This document shows, piece by piece, positions 19,601 through 28,959 of a stretch of DNA of 38,200 bases. The first letter of the stretch is position 1. Each line of letters opens with the position of its first letter. Both the position numbers and the translations under genes were made by a program. The notes beneath the pieces are model-generated. The model had not been told where the DNA came from. It saw nothing but the letters and a program-made list of their open reading frames with translations, and did not search any database. This stretch comes from a virus (Duplodnaviria; Heunggongvirae; Uroviricota; Caudoviricetes): positions 1 to 38,200 of the IMG/VR virus record IMGVR_UViG_2703719355_000022; one strand, given 5' to 3'.

Positions 19601-20305
19601 GGTTAAGTTGGTGATCTTCGTATCAGCATCGACCTTGTTATCGGATACAACCTTTTCGATTGCGGTCTTATTCGCCGCTACTGTCCCACTAAGGTTATTA
19701 ATTTTTGTGTCCGCGTCTTTCTTATTGGAAGTCACTGTAGCGGTTAAATTGCTAACGTTGGTGTTAGTGGTATTGACCTTGTTGTTTATTGCGGTATTGT
19801 TGTCCGCGACCGTCTTTGATAAAGCTGCGTGTTTACTATCGGCATCAGATTTATTCTGGTCGACCTTTGTGTTAATAGCGGTATGGTTGCTACTTACGGT
19901 CCCACTAAGATTATTAATTTTGGTGTCAGCATCGACCTTGTTATCACTAACCACTTTGGTCAAATTGCTAACGTTGGTATTAGTAGCATCAATGCGCTTA
20001 TTGGTCGCTGTATCTTTCGTGGTAATAGTCTGATTCAGTTCAGCTTTAGCACTAGCCAGATTATTAGCGGCCTCTTGTTTGTTGGAAGCAATAACACGGT
20101 CAGTGCTAGTTTTGTTATTGTCTACTTTCGTGTTTAAAGCATTATGACTTTCTGGGGAAACGCTGATTTGAACTACTGCGTTATTTTTGTCTTTGGTGTA
20201 AATTACATGGTCTGCCATCTGAATAGCGATTTCACCGACCTGTAATTGTTCTGGCGTTGGCTTTTTACCAGCCGTCTGTGTGCGTTTAAATTGGATAGAC
20301 TCCAT
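16694..20305 (-). CDS. tail fiber protein with C-terminal intramolecular chaperone (peptidase S74-like) domain, 1203 aa
   Basis: N-terminal tandem ~44-aa repeats (NTNVSNLT...DADTKINNLSGTV...); C-terminal segment DRRLKVNLEEL...VGIIAQDLEEVLPEAV resembles auto-cleaving chaperone domains of phage fibers. Confidence 0.8.
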   Translation of the reverse strand: MESIQFKRTQTAGKKPTPEQLQVGEIAIQMADHVIYTKDKNNAVVQISVSPESHNALNTKVDNNKTSTDRVIASNKQEAANNLASAKAELNQTITTKDTATNKRIDATNTNVSNLTKVVSDNKVDADTKINNLSGTVSSNHTAINTKVDQNKSDADSKHAALSKTVADNNTAINNKVNTTNTNVSNLTATVTSNKKDADTKINNLSGTVAANKTAIEKVVSDNKVDADTKITNLTNTVNSNHTAINNKVDQNKSATDSAIAAANRRIDGIEGSNDALYIKKNTNTKHGGYLLSKTANYLEDQTSRDLNYFGAFRTNEQDGLLDLTLNVPHSAGKAHGRGFTFRYASGGSRVETYGFDREGQKDFSYKMYHEGDKPTPGEIGAYTKAEVDKMFVKNVVMSVPNSSENVSAYFKLATATIPQNGRSVFFRIHGGNGYNVTAYDQVDVVEILLRSGNDRPKGLNVIAYRRNTNKDFEVFAVNTSGDNYDIYVKYQRYTDNVIVEYGKSVYVSLTVYDTPEATLIKPSVGVIGGRNVTLFNTENKRGVLSFDDNTQNSYDIVHLSNDKGTGRKYIRKFRSNYNEMIWHETVQGSSYRLATGSTDAQEILTVESSSSIAGTHKGNILSGRMMLGGGSNVITLRRPAGQSNHIAFQDNRTGDITRQGWIGYGNADTNVFEWYSDVGGTSIRHHIDGQIELATGRTKRVYTNAQFISMNSDAYRMIYGNYGAFWRNDGTKVYLLSTAENDKLGGWNGNRPFIYDLTNGKVTLGGDGNEGALILERDSRAARFSNNVFLEKGLLTFSAGGNQSMDSFTINHWGNSNANRYNVLQFQDTSGTHFTTERNGSGGLLAHFRGDLTTEGKLTWGKNTATSSFNIRAWGADARKQVFECADESGWHWYTQRPGGPGTELIEFAINGTVKPKAIHTGGNITLNGADIEFRRSGNKHLWFRDPNGLELGLLYCDDAGVMRMRGEKQTEVWKFGGKMIHLETGTVSGGGNGLIRGSVAGGSWASWRDRASGIQVDCQQSTDSAHNVWKATHQGKYHIAAMGVHVPSGTIGNALVRLHVHDTNFDFNAAGDFTAGRNGSFNDVYIRSDRRLKVNLEELKDDALEKVNSLKVYSYDKVKSLKDRSVIKREVGIIAQDLEEVLPEAVGIQSTEDPENPEAIKTISNSAVNALIIKAIQEMDVKYQAKIEALTKEIAELKATK

Positions 20306-20379
20306 TGAATCACCTCACTATAAAACAGGAATAAGGGAGGCGTTAACCTCCCCGCGTCATGTTTTATTTAGGAAGTGAA

Positions 20380-21213
20380 TCAATACTCCCCGAAATCGAC
20401 TCTATCAGTTTTAGCCACTGCCCCGATCTCGGCGGGAGTTGGCTTTTCATGTTCACTAAAAACCTTCACCCATCGAGATTGACCACCTTTCTGGATAGTT
20501 CGGACACGCAAACGAGGATCACCCGCAGTGGTACATGTTAGTTGCCAACCACCGTCTTCATTTGGCTGTAAATGCAATAGTGATGTATCGGATGAGAACG
20601 GGTTGCTACCAGCGGTTCCCTTGTAGGTTACGAAACGGTTTCCTGCTAATGCCTCGCTATCAATACCCCCTGTAAACGGGCTAATTCCAGCGCCTACGCC
20701 AAAGTCCCCTTGTCGAATGAGTTTTCCCTCGGTCGCTATACCCCTTGCTAGAATCCCGCCATCTGGTTCAAGTTTAAATTCCAGTGTTACAGCTTTGTTA
20801 TCTGCGCCACGGGTTTTGTGACTAGTGACATAAGCGTCATAGATGACATAGTAACCAGTGTTAGCAGCACTATAGCCAGAGTTCACAACATAGAACATAC
20901 GGAAGCGTAAAGGTGTTTTATCCTCTACCGCTTTCATCAACATTGCTTGATGTTCATCGTCAAGAACACGGTTTAATGTGAGTGTTGTCGGTTCCAGTCT
21001 ACGATAACCAGCAAGTTTCCCCGTAGCGTCCTGATCGTACTCTTCCAGAGTTTCAATCTCTGTGGATTCGGTTAGCGTAGGGAATGCTGCGACGTTCTCA
21101 ATAGAACTAAAACTAGGATCGAAAAAGTCGACCTGATTGTCTATCTGGTTAGAGATCGACACTTCAACATGTGATCCAGTGAAAATATCTAAGTTATCAT
21201 GTGTAATATTCAT
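20380..21213 (-). CDS. virion structural protein with fiber-like C-terminal motif, 277 aa
   Basis: Located between head-tail genes and the fiber gene; C-terminal HEKPTPAEIGAVAKTD motif also occurs twice in the fiber protein. Confidence 0.4.
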   Translation of the reverse strand: MNITHDNLDIFTGSHVEVSISNQIDNQVDFFDPSFSSIENVAAFPTLTESTEIETLEEYDQDATGKLAGYRRLEPTTLTLNRVLDDEHQAMLMKAVEDKTPLRFRMFYVVNSGYSAANTGYYVIYDAYVTSHKTRGADNKAVTLEFKLEPDGGILARGIATEGKLIRQGDFGVGAGISPFTGGIDSEALAGNRFVTYKGTAGSNPFSSDTSLLHLQPNEDGGWQLTCTTAGDPRLRVRTIQKGGQSRWVKVFSEHEKPTPAEIGAVAKTDRVDFGEY

Positions 21214-21222
21214 TATTACCCC

Positions 21223-21651
21223 TTAAAAACGCGCTAGATAAGAAAATTTAAGGCTAAGTGTCCCAACGATACCCCCATCACTAGAATCATCGTCATAATC
21301 GGTATTAGAAGCTACTGGAGTGATATCTGAAATAGAGAAGCCCAAATCTTTAAATCGTGGGTTATCCGGCTGAATCTGGATTATCTGGCAAATACCCTCA
21401 TGGATTTTTGTTTCATGAATCTGAGAATATAATTGCATTTCGATAACGCATTCAGCTTGCATTGCATTACCACCACGAACACGCGTATAAGTTTCATTCA
21501 TGCCAGTAATCCAACAAACCACGTCATCACTAAAGCCTTGCTGAGTTTGTTCTACGTTTAAAGCCAGACCTAGATCTTGTTCGATAATATCCTGTAAAGC
21601 ACGTTTAATCTTAAGACGTGGCATATTATTAACGGTAGCGAGCATGTGCAC
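21223..21651 (-). CDS. putative head-tail joining / tail completion protein, 142 aa
   Basis: Position downstream of capsid gene; overlaps upstream ORF by 23 nt; no motif confirmed. Confidence 0.35.
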   Translation of the reverse strand: MHMLATVNNMPRLKIKRALQDIIEQDLGLALNVEQTQQGFSDDVVCWITGMNETYTRVRGGNAMQAECVIEMQLYSQIHETKIHEGICQIIQIQPDNPRFKDLGFSISDITPVASNTDYDDDSSDGGIVGTLSLKFSYLARF

Positions 21652-21919
21652 CCCCTGCTAAAGTGATAAAGCAATCACTGGTATTGTCACCATTGCGCTT
21701 AATGTATTGAACTTTAAAACGCTGATTTTCTACAATGACAATATCACCCTGCTTTAAATCTCCCTCACGACAGAATAAGAATTCTGTTTCTGTCATTACC
21801 CCTTGTTCGTCGGTAGTAGTAATTTCATGGTAAGCACGAATTGATTTACCACCTTCCACCATAAAAACAGGAGCACTCTTAAACATTCGATTTAATTGTG
21901 ATTCTGATAATTTGAACAT
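21629..21919 (-). CDS. putative head-tail connector protein, 96 aa
   Basis: First gene after capsid gene terminator; position-based. Confidence 0.35.
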   Translation of the reverse strand: MFKLSESQLNRMFKSAPVFMVEGGKSIRAYHEITTTDEQGVMTETEFLFCREGDLKQGDIVIVENQRFKVQYIKRNGDNTSDCFITLAGGAHARYR

Positions 21920-21949
21920 AGTTACCCCCTTTTATGGAGTATTTACATA

Positions 21950-21980
21950 CAAAAAAGCCCCACCGATAAAGGCAGGGCTA
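21950..21980 (-). terminator. rho-independent terminator (same family) after the capsid gene and its extension
   Basis: TAGCCCTGCC-TTTATC-GGTGGGGCTTTTTT on minus strand. Confidence 0.65.
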
Positions 21981-21984
21981 ATTA

Positions 21985-22119
21985 TTATTTTGCTTTCGGT
22001 GGACGACCCACCTTTTTAGCTGTGGCTTTCGCCTTAACCGTCTGGGATTCTTCTTCCTGTGGTGGAATCGGATTTTCTTCCCCCAAATCGGGGGAAGGTT
22101 CAGAAGGTTCTACGTTATT
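21985..22119 (-). other. in-frame stop-free extension (44 codons) after the TGA of the capsid gene; candidate readthrough domain
   Basis: Hand translation after TGA gives NNVEPSEPSPDLGEENPIPPQEEESQTVKAKATAKKVGRPPKAK then TAA at 21985-21987. Confidence 0.45.
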
Positions 22120-24192
22120 TCAATCGCTTTTTTTCTGGACTACGGTCAGTGCGCTATGGTCCATAACAGCCCAATCCAAATCAGCCCATACACGGAAGTA
22201 CAGGTTGCCAGCCGCGCGACCTGTGGTGTCGTCGCAATCCAGTTCCAGCGATCCGAAGTCCGCAATTGCCAGAGAGCTAAAGTCACCAAACAGCATCGTA
22301 TCCTGAGCAATTACACCAGAGCCATAGATCGGACGGTTAACCAGTTTATCACCTTCTACCAGGAAGCCCGGAACGTTAGCGGCTTTCAGTTGCGCTGAAA
22401 GTTCAGCTTTAATAACACCACGAGTAGCAAATGCCAGATCAGATTCGTTAAAACCTTTGTCTGTTTGTTCAGCAACCAGTTTCAGGAACTCGGCATAGGT
22501 CCAATCAATCTGTTTAACTTTGCCAGCGTCGGTCAGGATCTTAGTCAGACCATCACGAGCGTTAGTGTTAGCAGCATTGGACAGGATCGCTTTTTCCAGA
22601 GCGATAGCACTGTGTTTCAGCATGTGCTCACCAACGATAGCACCGATGTTAGGCAGAGTGATAGCAGCCTGACGAGTTACAGGAACAATTCCATTGAATG
22701 TCTTAAGAGTCATCGGCTGTGCTGCAAACTTGATAGTACCTTCACCAGCGGATTGACCTTCTGCAACAAAACCGAAGTTTTCCAGATTGCTGGAAGTCAG
22801 AGACGGCAGAGATACCGGACCAGTTGCGTTAATGGTACGCACGCCCAATTTGCCCAGAATAGAACGTTCCATGATCATATCAACGAAGCAATCATGGCGG
22901 ATTTCTTCACCAACTACAGGTTTCAGAGATTCCATGTTCTGGCTAGCACGCAGAGCGGACGCCGGAATGAATACGGAGTTAGAACGCTGTGCACGACCAC
23001 GCGCTGCGGCTTTACGTGCTTCTTCCTGAGAATATTCAGCTTCTGCGCCAGTCAGTGCTTTACCCTCTGCGATTGCACGTACAGCTTTATTAAGATCGAA
23101 ACGAGATTCCAGAGTTTTAATGGTATCGGTCATGGTAATTTTTCCTTTAACAAAAGTTTTAGATTCGGTAGTATTTAGTGCGCGTGCTTTTTCTTTAAAA
23201 TTTTCAATAGTCACGGCACTATCTTTAATTGCGGCTTCAATTACGTCTTCGGAGATATTTAGATGTTTTCCGATAGCACGAATTTCGGCGGTATCTTCGC
23301 GAGAACGTTCAAACGGTTTTTCTTCGTCTTCAATCTTTTCTTCTTCGACTGGTTCGGATGTATTTTCCGTTTCGTCGTTCTCGTCTGTATCTTTATTTAG
23401 TTCTTCTGTTTCTTCCGGTTTAATTTCTTCTTCCGGTTCATCTTCGGAACGTTCTTCTTTTTCTTCTGGCGTTACTTCTTGCGGGTTTTCCACATCTTCG
23501 CCACTGTCAGCACTATTTCCAGAATCGGAATCAATTTCTTCATTTTCCTGTTCCTCTTTCTCTTCTTCGGAACGTTTTTCTTCATCTTCCGGTTTAATTT
23601 CTTCTACCGGAGTGTCTTTAATTTCGTCTTCCACTTGTTCACCCTCCAAAACAATCATTTCGTTGTCTGTATTTAGAGAGCGTCCAACACCCGCGTTAAA
23701 TGGATCTGCGGCACACGTTACAAGACTGCATTCGAAAGGTTGCCAGCGTGTAACGTAATAGATCCCTTTGTTAAAATCGGCTTTGCCATCAAGAACGTTA
23801 TAACCGACGCTAACTTGTGAAAGTGTTCCCTCTTTTACCTTCTCAAAGCATTCATTAGCCAGTTGGCCTACTTTGGAGAATTGGACAAGGCAACGACCTA
23901 CACGGTCTTCGTCAATACGAGCGGAGCCAGGAACAATCTTGCCGATATGAAGGTCCAGATTGTGATTAAACAGAAGACTTGCGTTAGTCTCGTTTAAAAC
24001 GGATAGATCAACCGCTGATTCATCGTGTACGAGAATCTCTTTTAATTCGACTTGCTCGCCGTCCTGATTCATGTAATAACGTGTATAAGGAGCCTCGCTT
24101 GAGAAAGCCAATTCAATAATTCGTTCGTCTTTTTCTTCGATAAAATCAGGGGTATCTACCGCAACACTACGACGGAATTGTTTTGTTGTCAT
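22120..24192 (-). CDS. prohead protease / acidic scaffold-like linker / HK97-fold major capsid protein fusion, 690 aa
   Basis: N-terminal ~170 aa resemble HK97-type prohead protease (LSQVSVGYNVLDG...WQPFECSLVTCAADPFNA); ~150-aa Glu-rich linker with internal repeats; C-terminal ~350 aa with HK97-fold capsid-like motifs (GNLYFRVWADLDWAV); ends in TGA. Confidence 0.8.
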   Translation of the reverse strand: MTTKQFRRSVAVDTPDFIEEKDERIIELAFSSEAPYTRYYMNQDGEQVELKEILVHDESAVDLSVLNETNASLLFNHNLDLHIGKIVPGSARIDEDRVGRCLVQFSKVGQLANECFEKVKEGTLSQVSVGYNVLDGKADFNKGIYYVTRWQPFECSLVTCAADPFNAGVGRSLNTDNEMIVLEGEQVEDEIKDTPVEEIKPEDEEKRSEEEKEEQENEEIDSDSGNSADSGEDVENPQEVTPEEKEERSEDEPEEEIKPEETEELNKDTDENDETENTSEPVEEEKIEDEEKPFERSREDTAEIRAIGKHLNISEDVIEAAIKDSAVTIENFKEKARALNTTESKTFVKGKITMTDTIKTLESRFDLNKAVRAIAEGKALTGAEAEYSQEEARKAAARGRAQRSNSVFIPASALRASQNMESLKPVVGEEIRHDCFVDMIMERSILGKLGVRTINATGPVSLPSLTSSNLENFGFVAEGQSAGEGTIKFAAQPMTLKTFNGIVPVTRQAAITLPNIGAIVGEHMLKHSAIALEKAILSNAANTNARDGLTKILTDAGKVKQIDWTYAEFLKLVAEQTDKGFNESDLAFATRGVIKAELSAQLKAANVPGFLVEGDKLVNRPIYGSGVIAQDTMLFGDFSSLAIADFGSLELDCDDTTGRAAGNLYFRVWADLDWAVMDHSALTVVQKKSD

Positions 24193-24235
24193 AGATCACC
24201 TTGAAAATTATTGGGGGCATTGCGCCCCCGTTGGG

Positions 24236-25759
24236 TTATTCATTTTGAGTATCAGGCGATTTTTCTTTTTCAGTCTCACCCTCACTCACTACGCATGTAT
24301 TTAGCATGTGTTTTTCTGCCTCAATTTCTTTAAAGACCTGAGACGGATCTTGACCCATTTCCATAATGACCTGAGCTTTAGACTTCAATCCGCTTTCTAT
24401 TAACAGAACTTCACTCTGAATATCTTTGATAGGTTCGATAGACGTAACGCGCGGCCTAATAATTGTCGTTGCATCCAAAATAGAATCGATCTGCGTCATG
24501 CGAACATTGATTTTTGAGTTAATTACCGCGTGACGTAAAAACGCCTCAAACAATGGAAGAATAACAGTATCAACTAAGCGATCTTGATGCGTCTTGAAGC
24601 GAGCGGATTCAATATTATGACCGAATTTTGCTGATGAGTAGTTAATAGAACTTGTATCTCCTGTAAGAGCTTGTTTAAAGCTAGACAGACCCATAGAAAT
24701 AGAAGTCAGCATTGCTTCATTGAATTTTTCGAAATCATCGCCGCCTTGAGTTGATTGTACCGTTTTAACGTCTTGCCCCGGTTCCAGTATATTGATAGTA
24801 CCTGGTTCGAAGTCAGTGATCATTGTTGGCGGTTGATAGTTTTCCGTGTCATCTTCACCAACATCAAATGAATCTTGATTTTCTTTATCGCTTGTGATAA
24901 AGGCCATACTACTTGCGTGCACGCGCTTACCGATTATTACAGTCTCGCGGAACGCTTCAAGATGAGCTATATCTTTGATTATTGGCAAGAAATCAGTAAT
25001 ACCACGTAATGCGTCGGCTGTACCAGGGATAAAGTAATGCAGCACTCTTTCCGCTGGGATTCGTACACGTTCGCCAGTAAAGGATTGAGTAAACAGGTCA
25101 CGACGCCTAAACCAATATGCAACGGGCTTTTCATCTTCATATTCGATGCCAGCGTAAACGACATTACCGTTATCTAAGGTGCGCTGATCTGACCAATCGA
25201 CACAATCCGCACCATAAATTGATACTTGCAGATCCTTACCATCTTCATGGAGTACCAGAAACGCATCACCACCCATCACGCGCTCTTTTTCCATCAACTT
25301 TAAGCATTCAAGGAAGTTAATCTTTCCGATGCGCGAGAATCGTTTCTGAGAGCTAGCCCAACGCCAAAAAGCATTCTCAATAGCGGTGTTAGTGGTTGCG
25401 TCCAGCTTTTCCCCTTTCATAACGAAGGTTCGAGGCTGTAAGCCAGTACCTACCACGGAATCAATAACGTGTTGGCAATAACGGGAGCCAATAGAGGTGT
25501 TTAACGCAAGATAACGGCCTTGATTGTATAGACGTGATGCGGACCCCTTAATCGTGCTGTTAATGCTGCCAGTGATGACATTACGCGCCATACTTCCTTC
25601 AATACGGTCGCTTTCAACCAATCCCAAAGAGCGTTTATGTAAGTCTTTGGTAAATTCTTCAATCTTGCGATCTACAAATAATTTGCGGTGCTGGCGAATA
25701 CCGATTTTCTTAACCGGATTCACGGGCATATCTTTTTTGCGTTTGAAAAAATTAAACAT
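24236..25759 (-). CDS. portal protein (putative), 507 aa
   Basis: Size and position between terminase and protease-capsid genes; no motif confirmed by eye. Confidence 0.6.
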   Translation of the reverse strand: MFNFFKRKKDMPVNPVKKIGIRQHRKLFVDRKIEEFTKDLHKRSLGLVESDRIEGSMARNVITGSINSTIKGSASRLYNQGRYLALNTSIGSRYCQHVIDSVVGTGLQPRTFVMKGEKLDATTNTAIENAFWRWASSQKRFSRIGKINFLECLKLMEKERVMGGDAFLVLHEDGKDLQVSIYGADCVDWSDQRTLDNGNVVYAGIEYEDEKPVAYWFRRRDLFTQSFTGERVRIPAERVLHYFIPGTADALRGITDFLPIIKDIAHLEAFRETVIIGKRVHASSMAFITSDKENQDSFDVGEDDTENYQPPTMITDFEPGTINILEPGQDVKTVQSTQGGDDFEKFNEAMLTSISMGLSSFKQALTGDTSSINYSSAKFGHNIESARFKTHQDRLVDTVILPLFEAFLRHAVINSKINVRMTQIDSILDATTIIRPRVTSIEPIKDIQSEVLLIESGLKSKAQVIMEMGQDPSQVFKEIEAEKHMLNTCVVSEGETEKEKSPDTQNE

Positions 25760-25768
25760 GTTAAATCC

Positions 25769-26266
25769 TTATCGAGTTAAGCGTACTTTAATCGGTGTAA
25801 TTGGTGAGTAATTGCCAGCCTTGCGCCGTTCTTGCTGAATGAGTTTTACGAGTTGTTTTTCGTAATCCTTTTTCAGTTGTTGTAAAACCGCAATTGACTC
25901 GTAGGTAAAAGAATTACCCTTTATAGTCATTGCGGATAACGCACTTTCATCATTGGCTAGGCGCGCATAGATGGTATTTTCGATTAAAGTAATCGTTTCG
26001 CGTAGATGGTCTTTTTTGGATTGTTTCTGGAATACTGGCAATACAGTTAATTCCTGCATAGAGATTAATTCATCGTCACGAGTAATAACGATGGTCATTT
26101 TTCCTTCTGGGAAGTCTAATGTTTTAATCTCGTGATTTTCCGGTGCATCATCAACCTGATATACAACGCCTTTGCTATTTCCGACCTGAATGGTTACACC
26201 CTCTTCATTCGCCAGCGTGATTTTTTCGCCTTTACGAATTACTAAGGGAATTAGTTCTAAACTCAT
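25769..26266 (-). CDS. hypothetical protein between terminase and portal, 165 aa
   Basis: ORF in packaging/head module; no recognisable domain. Confidence 0.4.
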   Translation of the reverse strand: MSLELIPLVIRKGEKITLANEEGVTIQVGNSKGVVYQVDDAPENHEIKTLDFPEGKMTIVITRDDELISMQELTVLPVFQKQSKKDHLRETITLIENTIYARLANDESALSAMTIKGNSFTYESIAVLQQLKKDYEKQLVKLIQQERRKAGNYSPITPIKVRLTR

Positions 26267-26337
26267 AATTACCCCTTATTTAATTGTTATTGGATTAACA
26301 ATATTTAGGGGGAGGCCGCCCCGAAGGACGGCATCAA

Positions 26338-28266
26338 TTAAAAGTTATTTACCCACCCACCACGACGCACAGGACGCGCCATAGGACGACGATTAGGTTT
26401 GTGATGAGTGATTGGCTTAGTTTCTTCGATTTGCTCGTTAGAATGTGATTTAGGAGCTTCTACGGTTGCTTCTGGTTCACGATTCAGCTTTTCTTTCATT
26501 GCAATGAGCTTATCCCATGACATTTTTGAAAGAACATAGCGAGAAGCCGCATAGCTATAAACCAGACAGTCGAGCGCCTCGTTTCGTGTCGCACCTGGAT
26601 TTTTTACCCAACGTGTTCCAGTAACAGTACGCTTGATGGATTCACTCAAAAGCTGATCGAGATAATCATCAGGAACGGTTTCTGATATCTCTAAACCAAT
26701 ATGAGGGTTTTCTTTCAAGTTGCGTGTTAATAGCTCACGAATAGCCGTTTTACCCACGTTAACGCCCAACATAAGCAACTCATGACCGCCCGTGGTAGTT
26801 GGTTTCACTGGAATGATTGGAGCAGTACCAGATGAACTACCTTTGATTGCGTGTAAGTTCTTCCACTTACCACCGCAAATACGGTATCCGGCTTGAGTGA
26901 ATCGACCGTTCGATGTATCAAGGAAGCTGGCGAGCATAGGAACACGATCACCCGATACAGTAGTAAATTTGGTTTTATGGAAGTTGATTAATCTGTCCCA
27001 TACAGGAGATTCATATCGTTCACAGTTATGGTCGTAAAAGCTGCGATGATCCAGAATATAAATCTTATCCTTTGCCACGCCCATGATCGTAGTTTCTGCG
27101 CGATCTAATTGCTGGTCAGTACCCGCACACAAGAAAATCACGTCATCAGGGATATTCTCGATAGAAACATCTGTTTTAAGTTCTTCCAGTTCGTTTACTT
27201 CTACTGCCGTTTCCTGATCATCGTATACAGTGCCGAGAACGGTATTATAAAAACTTTGTAAATCAAATGTTTGCCACGCTTGAGAGAAGTCAGAGACACA
27301 TGCTTTGATAGAGCTAAAAGGTGAATATAGACGGCTGATCCAGAATCCTGCTACATCACTTTCACGGGTAGCTCTCCATTCACCTTGTGCAACCGCTCTA
27401 ATGCGATCCCCTTCTGACCAATCAGTCTGGCAATGAGGACACACATAACGGGCGCTTTCAACACATGGCAGATTGCGACCATCCTGATTTTTCCACTCGA
27501 ACTTAACATTTTCCCACTCGATCACCTGGTGTTTCCCGCAATGCGGACAAGGAACAAAGAATTTACGCTGATCACTTGATAACCATTGTTGATTAATCGG
27601 TCCCAGCTTAGTGGTCGGGGTACTGGAAACGATAATTCTTGCTTCATCCCCGAAAGTGGTTGCGCGGTTAGCCGCAAGTGCAATCGGATCGCCCTCTTCA
27701 CTAGCACTGGCAGCATCACATTCATCGAGCAGAATCAACGGGCTGGTTTTTGAACGCAAGGTTGATGGGCTAGTAAGCGATACCATGTAAAGAAAATGAT
27801 TAGTCTTAAGCTGAATCTGACTATTGTTATTAACAGCGTTGCGATCATTCTTGTCGGTGATTGCTTCGCGTAATGCCGGACATGCTTCAATGGCTGGTCG
27901 GATCTTCCCGCTTAGGTACTGAGCGGTTTCCTTCGTGGTTGCTTGGCCTATGATGATATTGCTGGGATCGTTAGCTATCTTATTGAATAATATACCATTA
28001 AGGATGGAAGTTTTGCCGATCTGGGCACTTGTACAAAAAATGTACTTTTTCTTATTCTCTAAGAAAGGAGCATCAATCATGCCTTTCTGAAAGCTGGTTA
28101 ATTTAATTTTAGCGCCAGCTTGTGGTCCATCCACTAGGATCATGTTTTCCTCGCACCATTCAGATGGTAAACGCTTAATTGGCGGTCGGATATGTTTTGA
28201 TACTTCGTTAAAAATTCGCTTGAGTTTAAATTTATTTGAGAGTTTTTTCACCGTGATTATCCTCAT
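26338..28266 (-). CDS. terminase large subunit, lambda gpA family, 642 aa
   Basis: Motifs [29 protein letters not shown] and C-terminal RNEALDC recall lambda gpA; Walker A-like GKTS; first gene of the minus-strand operon. Confidence 0.9.
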   Translation of the reverse strand: MRIITVKKLSNKFKLKRIFNEVSKHIRPPIKRLPSEWCEENMILVDGPQAGAKIKLTSFQKGMIDAPFLENKKKYIFCTSAQIGKTSILNGILFNKIANDPSNIIIGQATTKETAQYLSGKIRPAIEACPALREAITDKNDRNAVNNNSQIQLKTNHFLYMVSLTSPSTLRSKTSPLILLDECDAASASEEGDPIALAANRATTFGDEARIIVSSTPTTKLGPINQQWLSSDQRKFFVPCPHCGKHQVIEWENVKFEWKNQDGRNLPCVESARYVCPHCQTDWSEGDRIRAVAQGEWRATRESDVAGFWISRLYSPFSSIKACVSDFSQAWQTFDLQSFYNTVLGTVYDDQETAVEVNELEELKTDVSIENIPDDVIFLCAGTDQQLDRAETTIMGVAKDKIYILDHRSFYDHNCERYESPVWDRLINFHKTKFTTVSGDRVPMLASFLDTSNGRFTQAGYRICGGKWKNLHAIKGSSSGTAPIIPVKPTTTGGHELLMLGVNVGKTAIRELLTRNLKENPHIGLEISETVPDDYLDQLLSESIKRTVTGTRWVKNPGATRNEALDCLVYSYAASRYVLSKMSWDKLIAMKEKLNREPEATVEAPKSHSNEQIEETKPITHHKPNRRPMARPVRRGGWVNNF

Positions 28267-28268
28267 AT

Positions 28269-28281
28269 CAACAATATGTTG
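28269..28281. promoter_or_regulatory. perfect palindrome CAACA-ATA-TGTTG in the 55-bp divergent intergenic region
   Basis: Inverted repeat between terminase start (28266) and the divergent plus-strand gene (28322); candidate operator. Confidence 0.3.
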
Positions 28282-28321
28282 TATTTAGATAAATACGGGT
28301 ATTAAGATTTAAGGGGGTTGT

Positions 28322-28924
28322 ATGCTAATTAATCAGCAACAAAGAGATGAATTAGAATTAGCCTTGTCTTGTACCGATCATGAATATCGTTTGCCAGTAA
28401 AACATAAGCACTTAAAGACTGATTACACAACATCCGGTTTTAGCCGTGAGGAAGCGAAAGAGATTTTAATAGAATTTTACCGTGATAATGGTTATACAGA
28501 CGTTCACAACTTCTTTAAGAAGCATAGAACATCACATACAGAGTTTCGGAGAGTCCGAGATTGGTTTGATTTTGATATCAAGCGTTATTATCGCATTGAT
28601 GACGGTCCTATCTATCGGTTGCAGTGGAAGCCGATCCGAGAAGTGTTGAAACAGAAGAGATTGAATCACGCAATTACACGCTATCGTAACGTGGCTTTCA
28701 AGAAAGGCTATGGTGATACAAGGGAACTATTCGTTGAACTAGCTAACGTGAAATATAGCCACTATTACAACGATCCTACAGGGTTCTTCGAAGTGCTTCG
28801 CAAGGTTGATATTAGTCGGGGTACATATTATTCACGGCTGAGGAAGTACGGGATTAAGGCAGAGTTCTTTATGTCGGTTGACGACTCACCCATGTTCAAG
28901 ATAAAATCTAAGTCCTCTAAATAA
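28322..28924 (+). CDS. hypothetical basic protein with two helix-turn-helix-like repeats, 200 aa
   Basis: AAGGGGG ribosome-binding motif; two internally similar segments (EILIEFYRDNGY...FRRVRDWF and ELFVELANVKY...YSRLRKYG); Arg/Lys/Tyr-rich. Confidence 0.4.
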   Translation: MLINQQQRDELELALSCTDHEYRLPVKHKHLKTDYTTSGFSREEAKEILIEFYRDNGYTDVHNFFKKHRTSHTEFRRVRDWFDFDIKRYYRIDDGPIYRLQWKPIREVLKQKRLNHAITRYRNVAFKKGYGDTRELFVELANVKYSHYYNDPTGFFEVLRKVDISRGTYYSRLRKYGIKAEFFMSVDDSPMFKIKSKSSK

Positions 28925-28959
28925 TATTGAGAAATCACTATTGTTTGGAGGAAACTACT

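Noticed and set aside
19485-20137. Plus-strand ORFs antisense to the fiber gene repeat region
   Set aside because: Leu/Val-rich hydrophobic artefacts of reading the antisense of Asn/Thr/Lys-rich fiber repeats; no independent support.
22465-23758. Plus-strand ORFs of 237 and 212 aa antisense to the protease-capsid gene
   Set aside because: Ser/Phe-rich low-complexity translations of the antisense of the Glu-rich linker; no ribosome-binding motifs; inside a well-supported gene.
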